Part shown: piece by piece, positions 1-7,979 of the stretch | How positions within the stretch are numbered: position 1 is the first letter of the stretch | Layout of the letters: each line of letters begins with the position of its first letter | Assembly (NCBI GenBank): GCA_964532495.1 | Contig: CAZHJZ010000003.1 | Span: forward strand, 3,658 to 67,657 | DNA length: 64,000 nt | Source of the DNA: an uncultured Candidatus Saccharibacteria bacterium | GTDB lineage: Bacteria > Patescibacteriota > Minisyncoccia > Phycocordibacterales > UBA9973 | Direction: 5' to 3' | Program-made: the position numbers and the translations under genes | The notes under the pieces: generated by a model | Seen by the model: only the letters and a program-made list of their open reading frames with translations | Databases searched by the model: none | Told to the model about the DNA's origin: nothing

Positions 1-1495
1 CTTGAATACTTCCCCGACAATAGGATGGACGTCGCGCAATTTTTCCAACTCGCTCTCGCGAGTCGATCGTGCTCCGCCCGCAGTTTTCTTGAGCTTCTTT
101 CCGTCATTTGAAACAAGCTTCATTTCATCAAACAAGATTTCTCCCAATTGTTTTGGCGAGTTTACATTAAATTCTCTTCCCGCATGCTTGAAAATAGATT
201 TCTCTAAAATTGAAAGTTCCTTGTGATATTCTTCAGAAAGTTTCTTCAGGTAGTCGAGATCAACAAGAACCCCCTGCTTTTTCATATTTTCGAGAATAGG
301 AATGAGCGGCAATTCAATGTTTGCATATACATGCCAAAGATCATTATCCTTCAAGGCTTTTTCAATCTTTTCTTGGGCTGCTTCAAAGCTTCCTGCATTT
401 TGGAAGTGCAAAATATCATCAGCCTTAATATCATTAAGGTCTGAATTCAAAAGCCACATTCCAATTGTTAACTTTTTGAGTAGTACAGGATCAGCTTCAG
501 CTTCCTCAGGGGAAATAGTTTCAACTGCGGCTTCTTTCTTTTTATTTCCCATGCTCGGTTCGCCCGCCATGACGCGCTTTGCTCGCTCGATAATGCTGCG
601 GAATTCAAGCTCTCGGAACAATTTTTCAACTTGGCTCATCTCAAAATTTTCACGGAATGTTTTTTCAGGAAATACAAAATCGATCGGCGCATCTCGTCGG
701 ATCGTCGCAAGTGTTTTTGAAAACAGCGCTTCCTCTTCCCCTTCTTCAAGAAGCTTCAAGATGCGGTCAGTAACGCCGGCAGCTTTTACTTTCTCCGGGT
801 TTTTCTTGAGAACCTTATATATATTTTCAACAGTGCCAAATGAAGTAATGAGAGTTGTGGCAGTCTTTTCGCCAATGCCGGCAATGCCGATAATATTGTC
901 AGACGGATCTCCACGAAGGCCTTTGTAGTCAGGCAGCAATTCTGGCTTGAAACCAAAACGCTGAAGCACTGCTTCTTCGTCATAGAGAATGACATCATTC
1001 AATCCCTTTTTGAGAGTGAAGACCTGGACTTTCTTCTTGTCGATGAGCTGCATCGTATCCATATCGCCGGAAGCGATAATAATCTCCACATCTTTGCGGT
1101 CTTTCATTTCTTCAACGATCGTCCCAAGAATGTCATCGGCCTCGAAGCCGGGCTTGTCATAAATAGGAATATTGAACGCTTCAAATACTTTTCGAGAAGA
1201 GATCAATTGGGCAACCAATGCTTCATCAGTTTTTGAACGTCCGGCTTTGTAAGCGTCATATGCTTCATGGCGGAAGGTCTTTTCCGGTAGATCGTAACAG
1301 GCAACAATATAGTCAGGTTTGAGGTCAGACACAATGCGAATCAGCATGGTAGAGAGGCCATACAAGGCTCCTGTAGGCTCGCCAGCAGACGAAGCGAAGT
1401 CAGGCAGCGCATGATAGGCACGATGGATAATCGCGTGGGAATCAAGCAAAATAAGGCGTTTTTTGTGCTCTGTGTCAGATTTTTTTGCGGGCATG
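1..1495 (-). CDS. polA: DNA polymerase I, N-terminal 5'-3' exonuclease domain plus start of polymerase domain (partial, runs off window)
   Basis: Reverse-strand translation from ATG near 1495 gives MPAKKSDTEHKKRLILLDSHAIIHRAYHALP...GEPTGALYG...YKAGR...GFEADDILGT...GDMDTMQL...YKGLRGDPSDNIIGIAGIGEKTA, the FEN-like 5' nuclease motifs of Pol I. The ORF has no stop before the window edge and is not in the six-frame track because it is open-ended. Confidence 0.85.
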
Positions 1496-1581
1496 GATAT
1501 ACTATAGCGCATAGAATCAATCCAACAAAAAAAGAACCTGCTCGTGAAGCAGGTTCAAAATATAAATTGACGATGTAGCAG

Positions 1582-2439
1582 CTAGTGCAATCCCTTTTCC
1601 ATTTTTGCCACAAGATGCTGCATTGGCAGCAATGGAAGTGGTTTTGTCCTAAGCATCGAATAATACGGCTGTTGATAAGGATATATTTTTCCCTGCAGAT
1701 CGATAAGTATGATAGGTTTGGCTGTCTGCTCAAAAAGCAGTCCATAAAGCGCATAATCCCGCACATCACTCTTAATCTTATCTTCCGTTACTGCGAATTG
1801 ACCCTGTATGGTTGGATGTTTAAGCAACTCTTCTGTCTTTGAATGTATGCCTGCTGTTACTTTAGCGTGCACAGACGCATACAATCCCGAAAAATCATCA
1901 AAAAAATCACTTGGATATAAAACTGGAACTTTTGTACAAGACTCTATGTATTGCTTGTTCTCTTGCCAAGATTTATTTTGCTTATTAAAAGATGCGCTCA
2001 GTGGAAGTAGAACAGTATAGTTCCATTTCACATTTTTTAAAGCAAACACCTCTTCTAAATTCTTTTTTATAGAATCATAAAGCAGGTATTGAATTCTCTT
2101 ATTTGCTAAGTGAATATCGAAACTTTCTCCAATAACAGCACCACTCGCAATTGTTACAAATTCAATCGGTTTCTCAGAAAAACAAGCTTCTGCAAGTCCC
2201 AAAAGAGTTGCGTTTGAAAATTGCCTAAACGGCAATAAGGTAAGAGATGTAAGATCATGCACGCATTGGTGTAGCTCGGCAATTTTTGAAATCGCACAGC
2301 CGTCCTGATACTGATTCTCAACAAGTTTTGCTATCGCAAGTGCCAACTTACGATGCTTCCTGCGACAACGAGTACAGGACGTGTCTTGTACTAGAGGAGT
2401 AGTTTGTTTGTAATTCCGCAGTACGTTAAAATTATCCAT
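1582..2439 (-). CDS. hypothetical protein (285 aa)
   Basis: Long ORF in the track, sharing the minus strand with polA and tsaE. No recognisable family. Cys/Arg/Lys-rich N-terminus (CTRCRRKHRK). Confidence 0.45.
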   Translation of the reverse strand: MDNFNVLRNYKQTTPLVQDTSCTRCRRKHRKLALAIAKLVENQYQDGCAISKIAELHQCVHDLTSLTLLPFRQFSNATLLGLAEACFSEKPIEFVTIASGAVIGESFDIHLANKRIQYLLYDSIKKNLEEVFALKNVKWNYTVLLPLSASFNKQNKSWQENKQYIESCTKVPVLYPSDFFDDFSGLYASVHAKVTAGIHSKTEELLKHPTIQGQFAVTEDKIKSDVRDYALYGLLFEQTAKPIILIDLQGKIYPYQQPYYSMLRTKPLPLLPMQHLVAKMEKGLH

Positions 2440-2657
2440 AGTAGTATGTATTTGTAAAAGAAAATACCGGCAATCCCGCCGGTTACAATGTTCTCGATAT
2501 GAGAGTAAAAGCTATATATTGAAACACACAAAACCGGCACGATATGTATCGTGTGCTCGCCAGCTCTTTGCTTGTGCATTCCTATATTTCATATGTACTA
2601 GCATACTAGCAAACTAGTACAGTGAAGTCAAGCTGCAAATGCAGGATTGTGGAAAAC

Positions 2658-3095
2658 CTATTTCAGAACTATCTCGCGCTTGGTTTCTGTCTTGTGGGTG
2701 AGCTTGATCAAAATATGCTTCTTCGGAAGCAACTCCCCCAGCAACTCCGGCCATTCCAAAAAGATCACGTTGCCCGCATCCCCAGCAAGGATCTCCCAAT
2801 CGATCTTAGAAGCCTCCTCCGGCTTATCTAACCGATATGCATCAATGTGATGAAACTGCTTCCAGTCTTTCTGTGCCAGCTTATAGCTCTTTCGCAGTAC
2901 GAACGTCGGGCTGATGACTTTTTCTTTAATACCCAGAAGTCTCGCAATCTCTTTTGTCAGTGTCGTCTTCCCCGCCCCCAAATCCCCCGACAACGCCACA
3001 ATGGTCGCCGCGTCTTTGTTCTTATGCTTGCTGATATATTGAATTACCAATTCAGCAATATCAGGGATTTGCGCCTCAGAGAAAACTTTTTTCAT
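2658..3095 (-). CDS. tsaE: tRNA threonylcarbamoyladenosine biosynthesis protein TsaE (P-loop ATPase)
   Basis: ALSGDLGAGKTTL Walker A motif and overall YjeE/TsaE pattern. Start chosen at internal MKKVF (residue 12 of the track ORF). Confidence 0.85.
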   Translation of the reverse strand: MKKVFSEAQIPDIAELVIQYISKHKNKDAATIVALSGDLGAGKTTLTKEIARLLGIKEKVISPTFVLRKSYKLAQKDWKQFHHIDAYRLDKPEEASKIDWEILAGDAGNVIFLEWPELLGELLPKKHILIKLTHKTETKREIVLK

Positions 3096-3351
3096 GAATT
3101 TAGAATAGCATAAAACCCACCACTGCACATTTTAGTCTCGCCTGATCGCTGAAGCTCATATTTCTCACGCGGCTCGATCCAAATTGCCTACCGTAGCCGG
3201 AAAGAACCACTTTCTCTGACCCGAGGACTGGCGGCAAAGAGCATGACGTACGTAGATACGCTCCTTGTGACGCCTCCGCAGGGTTAGAGAAAGTGGTTCT
3301 TGGAGGCATTAGGTTTTGAATGCTCGCTGATAAACTAGTTACGTACAAATA

Positions 3352-3380
3352 TAAAACCCGCTCGGCATTGAGCGGGTTTT
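3352..3380. terminator. hairpin aaaacccgctcggcattgagcgggtttt; intrinsic terminator downstream of the 3432..5798 gene
   Basis: GC stem cccgctc/gagcggg flanked by A-tract and T-tract. Lies just past the stop of the minus-strand surface protein gene. Confidence 0.6.
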
Positions 3381-3431
3381 ATAGGCATTTATCATCGTCA
3401 CATAGGCGTTAATGATAATGTGTTTGGAGGC

Positions 3432-5798
3432 TTAGTGGTTGTTATATACCGGCACGTCCATATCCTCGTAGTGAGGAGTCTGAGATGCTGTATTCATATT
3501 CTGGTTTCTCATACCATTGTTCGCGTTTGCGCGAGCATTGAATCCGTTAGGGTTCACGTATCCAACTGGCTGCTGACGGTAGTGTCGGCGGAGAAGGATA
3601 GCAAGGTAGATGAGAAGCAAGAGGATGAGGAGGAGCGCCAACCAACCGATCAAGGTTGTAGGCCAGAAACCGTTTCCGAAGAGGGCCAAACCAGCGAGTG
3701 AGTTACAGTTTGTAGTATTGCCAAGACCGTATGCGATCGCAGTTTCCTGAGAATTGTTTGCAGGGTTTGTAAACGCAATAGTAGCCTGAGCGACAACGTT
3801 GTTTCGATTTACCGCTGATCGGAGAACTACGCCAGTGATGTTCATAGAACCAGCCTGGTCCTTGATGAGCGTACCGATTGCAAGCGTGACTGAGTGGTCA
3901 GCTGCATTATAGATGCCAGGATTTGAGCTCTGGAATTCAACGTCTTTCGGCAAGAGGACCTGGAGAACGACATTGTTCAATGAGTGTCCAGAAATGTTCT
4001 TGTACGTAACATTGTAATTTACGATGTTGCCGACACAAGCGTTGATCTGTTGGTTGTCGTTAACCGCGAGAGAAACCAAGTTTGAACCAGAACCGTTGCC
4101 TGAAGTGACAGTGATCACTGTCGGAGGAATGTATACAGGAGCTGGGAGTGTTGAGAATGACTGGTCATCACCATAGAATGTACCACTTGCATTAACAGCT
4201 ACTGCACGGTAGTGATAGATAGTGTTAGAAGCAAGTCCGCTTACTGTACTCCAGAAATAATATGATGGAACTGCACCAGCATTTTCTGACGGTGTTGTAG
4301 CGCCATAAGCAGTCGTTGCTCCCCACTGGAAGTATACCTGTGTTGACTGACTACCTGACTGGGTCAAGATACCGTTGAAACGAGCACTTGTCTGAGTGAC
4401 ATTTGTTGGTGCGCCAGTGTAAACCTGTGTGCTCTGTACTGGCTGGTTAGCTGAAACAGTGATTGCCTGTACCTGGCTCTGACCGCCATTCTGACAGTAC
4501 GCAGTGAGCGAGTATGTCTGGCTGCCGTAGATTGCTCCAGTTGAAGCTGATCCAGAGAGTGACTGGTTGTAGTTGTTGTTCAAGCCAGAGATCATAACTG
4601 ATGTAGCACCAGTTGTTGACCAATAGAGTGTTGAAGAACTTCCAGAAGCGACAGTCGTAGGTGAAGCGTAGAATGAGTTAATGTAACAAGCTTGCTGCTG
4701 AGTTCCGACAGTTACTGTCTGAACCTGTGTAGTACCATTCTGACAGTTTGCAGTAAGTGTGTAAGTCTGTGATCCGTAGATCGCGCCAGTTGAGATTGAA
4801 CCAGAAGTTGCCTGGTTGTATCCGTAGCTCAATCCTGAGATCGAAACAGAGTTAGCACCCGAAGTGCTCCAAGTAAGCATTGCGCTTGATCCTGAAGTAA
4901 CCTGTGATGGTGATGCACTGAAGTTTGTGATGTAACAAGCTTGCTGCTGGTTAACGCTCACAGTTACTGTCTGAGTAACTGGTGAACCGTTTGATCCGTA
5001 TGCAGTAAGAGTATATGATGTCGTGTTCTGAAGTGTTCCAGTATTCTGTGAACCGTTCAAAGCGTTAACATATACGATGCCTCCTGAGACAATCGCTGAT
5101 GCACAGCCTGATGTGCTCCATGAAAGTGTTGAGCTTCCGTTTGCAGTGATTGATGAAGGACTTGCTGAGAAGTTAGTGATGGCACATGACTGTGGAGGAG
5201 GAGTTGAAGTCTGTCCAACTTTGTAAGTTACGACAACTACACCCTGGTGACAGAATGTGTCGCTTGCAGGACAGTTGCTTGAGTCTTCAACATTTCCGAT
5301 AGATACTCCTCCGTTAAAGAGGTCGTTACCGAGAGTGTTATAGAGCAACACTGAATTGTGTCCGTATACTTTTGTTGAGTAGTACGTAAGTGTCTGCCCC
5401 TGGGCAAGATTCACTGTTGCTGAACCGCTGATAGACGGAGCATTGTTAGCAGAAAGTGTTCCGCTGAATGTCTGGCTATTAACGACTCCAGTTGACTGAG
5501 GAGAAAGCGTAAACTTTGTTCCAGTCGCTGTGCCTGAACCTGAGTTATTGTAATAGAGCATTACCCACACATTGTCCCCTGGCTGAACGCCTGAGATGCT
5601 TGGTGAATATGCTGATGGTGCAGGGTTACATCCATTGCCGTTCTGTCCACAAACCTGGACCTGAACAAGCGGCAAGTATGGTGATCCACCTGCGCTGAAC
5701 TGCGGAGCTGCGTGTGCAACTGCGCCGAAAGCGATCGAAAGAGCAAATGCCCCAACGAAAACCGCGTATTTAATATATTTTTTCATACTGTTTATCAT
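3432..5798 (-). CDS. large cell-surface protein: signal peptide, three tandem ~95-aa Ig-like repeats, FN3-like domain, DUF11-like domain, C-terminal TM anchor
   Basis: N-terminus MINSMKKYIKYAVFVGAFALSIAFGAVAHA is signal-like. Three repeats of the pattern ACYITNFSASP..TLSWST.G...ISG...YGSQTY.LTA.C.NG. An FN3-like segment (TNVTQTSARFNG...YHYRAVAVNASGTFYG). C-terminal hydrophobic LIGWLALLLILLLLIYLAILLRR. The track ORF starts at a TTG; the true start is probably the ATG at 5798 (or 5786), downstream of the promoter. Confidence 0.8.
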   Translation of the reverse strand: MINSMKKYIKYAVFVGAFALSIAFGAVAHAAPQFSAGGSPYLPLVQVQVCGQNGNGCNPAPSAYSPSISGVQPGDNVWVMLYYNNSGSGTATGTKFTLSPQSTGVVNSQTFSGTLSANNAPSISGSATVNLAQGQTLTYYSTKVYGHNSVLLYNTLGNDLFNGGVSIGNVEDSSNCPASDTFCHQGVVVVTYKVGQTSTPPPQSCAITNFSASPSSITANGSSTLSWSTSGCASAIVSGGIVYVNALNGSQNTGTLQNTTSYTLTAYGSNGSPVTQTVTVSVNQQQACYITNFSASPSQVTSGSSAMLTWSTSGANSVSISGLSYGYNQATSGSISTGAIYGSQTYTLTANCQNGTTQVQTVTVGTQQQACYINSFYASPTTVASGSSSTLYWSTTGATSVMISGLNNNYNQSLSGSASTGAIYGSQTYSLTAYCQNGGQSQVQAITVSANQPVQSTQVYTGAPTNVTQTSARFNGILTQSGSQSTQVYFQWGATTAYGATTPSENAGAVPSYYFWSTVSGLASNTIYHYRAVAVNASGTFYGDDQSFSTLPAPVYIPPTVITVTSGNGSGSNLVSLAVNDNQQINACVGNIVNYNVTYKNISGHSLNNVVLQVLLPKDVEFQSSNPGIYNAADHSVTLAIGTLIKDQAGSMNITGVVLRSAVNRNNVVAQATIAFTNPANNSQETAIAYGLGNTTNCNSLAGLALFGNGFWPTTLIGWLALLLILLLLIYLAILLRRHYRQQPVGYVNPNGFNARANANNGMRNQNMNTASQTPHYEDMDVPVYNNH

Positions 5799-5805
5799 GT
5801 TTACT

Positions 5806-5834
5806 ATTGTATCACTTACTTGACCGTTTGTCAA
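5806..5834 (-). promoter_or_regulatory. sigma70-like promoter TTGACA-N17-(TG)aTACAAT for the surface protein gene, start codon ~7 nt downstream (leaderless-type)
   Basis: Minus strand reads TTGACAaacggtcaagtaagtgaTACAATagtaaacATG. Shares the motif TATTGACAA...GTGATACAATAG with the promoter at ~7898-7925. Confidence 0.55.
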
Positions 5835-5904
5835 TAAGCATACGTAATACTATTAATAACTATCCTTGACTCACCTCTAAGCCCTCAATCGGAATTCAGA
5901 GCTT

Positions 5905-5945
5905 GGAAATGAGCAGTACGACTTACAAAAAGTAAGCGTACTGCT
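5905..5945. terminator. hairpin gcagtacgacttac-aaaaa-gtaagcgtactgc downstream of the 5972..7801 gene
   Basis: Imperfect 13-bp stem located just after the stop of the minus-strand gene. Confidence 0.45.
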
Positions 5946-5971
5946 GTAATTGATCTACAAAAAACAAAAAT

Positions 5972-7801
5972 TTAACGAAGTGGACCACCTCCTCCACGCT
6001 GTTGCTGCATTGGCATTGTCTGCTGTTGGGCAGGCTGCCGTTGCATTTGCATTTGCTGGATTGGTTGAGGTTGAGGGTTCTGCATCACGGGACGCTGAGT
6101 TTGGGTAAAGCCCTGTTGTGTGAAGCTGTTAGTAGTTTGACCGCCATTGTTACCGTTATTTCTGAATGTATTATTTTGGTTCGCAAAATAAGAATCAGCA
6201 AATGAACGTTGGGTTTGACCAGAATTGTTGTACGGCTGAAACCCGTTGTTCGGATTTGTGTTGCCATAGTTTGGATTCTGGAAATTGCCATTAAGTGGTT
6301 GTTGAAAGTTATTCGGGTTAGGGTTGTAGCCAGTGTAACCTGGGTTATAACCGTTATTATAATCATACGGATTATACGCTGCAGCAGCGTCTGAATAATT
6401 TCTGTTCACAGACTGGGCAGCTTCAGCTTGTTGCTGTTCCAGTGTCGGTGCGTAATCACCATACCGCGCAGTTTCGATGTTGTTGGCAGAAAAGTCACTT
6501 GGGCCATTGTATGAACCTGCATCATCTACATAACTTGCTGGTTCAGGTTGCGGGCTACCAGTGTAGCTACTGCGTACTGTTTCAGCTTGAGCCTGTAAAT
6601 CTGTTGCAACCCATCCGCTTTCGTCGCTTGGATCGGCTTCTTGCTTGGCTTTGTTCTTCTTCTTTTCTTTTTTGCCTGCACCGCCAGTGTTTTCAAATCC
6701 ATCTCCTCCACCGCCGGTAATCGTAGAATCAGTCGGGGTAACAGGATCGGGATGATCTCCTCCACCTGTATCGTTGTGATTATCGGTTGCCGTCACTGGG
6801 TCACCTCCACCGCCGGTGTTGGTGCTATCTCTCGGTTCTGTGGGGCGCTCTGTCTGAGTCACCTCATAGTGATTGATAGTGATATTAATATTATTGATAT
6901 TAGTTATATTATTATTAGTAATATTAGTAATATTCGTAATATTGTTGATGGTTGTTTGATTAACTGGTACTGCTACAACCTGTTGATTGCCACACGGTAT
7001 AATGTAGCGTGGCTGGCAGCATTGTTGCGGGTAGTATTGTTGGTAGCATTGCATCGGCATTGCATAACATAACTGTGCACCAATACGCATTTCAAATATA
7101 AAATTTAAACCGTACTGCTGGGCAGCTCTTTCATATATTACTTTGGTATCATGGATGATCTCCTTTTGAGTAATATACTTAGTTATGGTGTCATGCTTTA
7201 ACTGTATTTCCTTCGGTAACGGCTTGCGAGGGTGCAAGTCTATTACCAAATTTATACAGCACTCCTTGCCTACTCCCGAATATTTCGAGATATAGATCTT
7301 GTAACCGCTTGGACCAGTAAGTTCTATCAGTTCCACTTTGTTATAAGCGGGATTATAGAAAACCTGTATCTTTGCTTTGGCAACATTGATTGCCTCTACT
7401 AGCATTTGGTTAGCAGGAAAATTTTCCTCAATAACCGGGTTACCTTTTGCAAGTATTGCTTCCATGGTATCAAGGCTTGTGATAGGGCCTGAGTGCCCCA
7501 TAATGCGCCAGTGTTGGTTATAGCTATACATCGCAGCTTCCAAATACAGTTTTCTATCTGCAACAATTTTTTGCATATAGCTAAGCTGATTTTTCATTAC
7601 GAATTGTATGTGCTCGTACCAACTGATATCAGTAGTAGGATCTTTTTTGAATGCATCCAATGTAGGAGCACTCGGGTTGCGTGCAACAATGTCATACTTT
7701 ATGTCAGTAATAACAACTTGTGCTTGTACTTCGTTTGTTTTTGTTGTGCATATGAACAGCATCGCTGCCATAAGCAATTTAGTAAAGAATTTGTTTTTCA
7801 T
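5972..7801 (-). CDS. secreted low-complexity protein with signal peptide, NITNITNIT tandem repeat, Gly/Asp-rich spacer and long Q/N-rich (prion-like) C-terminal region
   Basis: N-terminus MKNKFFTKLLMAAMLFICTTKTNEVQAQ. Repeats NITNITNITNNNITNINNINITIN are encoded by 9-nt DNA tandem repeats at ~6880-6960. C-terminal ~200 aa are dominated by N/Q/Y/G/P. Confidence 0.7.
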   Translation of the reverse strand: MKNKFFTKLLMAAMLFICTTKTNEVQAQVVITDIKYDIVARNPSAPTLDAFKKDPTTDISWYEHIQFVMKNQLSYMQKIVADRKLYLEAAMYSYNQHWRIMGHSGPITSLDTMEAILAKGNPVIEENFPANQMLVEAINVAKAKIQVFYNPAYNKVELIELTGPSGYKIYISKYSGVGKECCINLVIDLHPRKPLPKEIQLKHDTITKYITQKEIIHDTKVIYERAAQQYGLNFIFEMRIGAQLCYAMPMQCYQQYYPQQCCQPRYIIPCGNQQVVAVPVNQTTINNITNITNITNNNITNINNINITINHYEVTQTERPTEPRDSTNTGGGGDPVTATDNHNDTGGGDHPDPVTPTDSTITGGGGDGFENTGGAGKKEKKKNKAKQEADPSDESGWVATDLQAQAETVRSSYTGSPQPEPASYVDDAGSYNGPSDFSANNIETARYGDYAPTLEQQQAEAAQSVNRNYSDAAAAYNPYDYNNGYNPGYTGYNPNPNNFQQPLNGNFQNPNYGNTNPNNGFQPYNNSGQTQRSFADSYFANQNNTFRNNGNNGGQTTNSFTQQGFTQTQRPVMQNPQPQPIQQMQMQRQPAQQQTMPMQQQRGGGGPLR

Positions 7802-7897
7802 GATTGGTTAAGTTTTAGATTTTCAGAAAAATGAGCGGAATATATAGGAACAGACGGCATGCGTCTGGGATTTCATGAGAAATTGGGTATTTATGCT

Positions 7898-7925
7898 ATT
7901 GTATCACATCTGAAGGAATTGTCAA
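7898..7925 (-). promoter_or_regulatory. sigma70-like promoter TTGACA-N16-(TG)aTACAAT upstream of the 5972..7801 gene
   Basis: Minus strand reads ctaTTGACAattccttcagatgtgaTACAATagc. The near-identical flanking motif TATTGACAA / GTGATACAATAG also occurs at 5806-5834. Confidence 0.5.
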
Positions 7926-7979
7926 TAGACCTCGTACTAGGCGTTTGCCTGCCAAAAGGGGTATAATCCCTTTATATAT

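Noticed and set aside
302-928. 208-aa plus-strand ORF (and neighbours 2..226, 223..444) inside the polA region
   Set aside because: It lies entirely antisense to the clearly homologous DNA polymerase I coding sequence on the minus strand, and its product is low-complexity Ser/Phe-rich with no motif. It is a shadow ORF.
5799-5834. TTG-initiated extension of the surface-protein ORF
   Set aside because: The extension consists of the promoter -35/-10 elements themselves (TTGACA...TACAAT). The real start is the ATG downstream.
6880-6960. Short tandem DNA repeats (taatattag / taatattcg ...) considered as a possible CRISPR array or intergenic satellite
   Set aside because: The repeats are 9-nt in-frame units inside a continuous ORF that encodes the NITNIT repeat. 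There is no spacer-repeat architecture and no cas genes.
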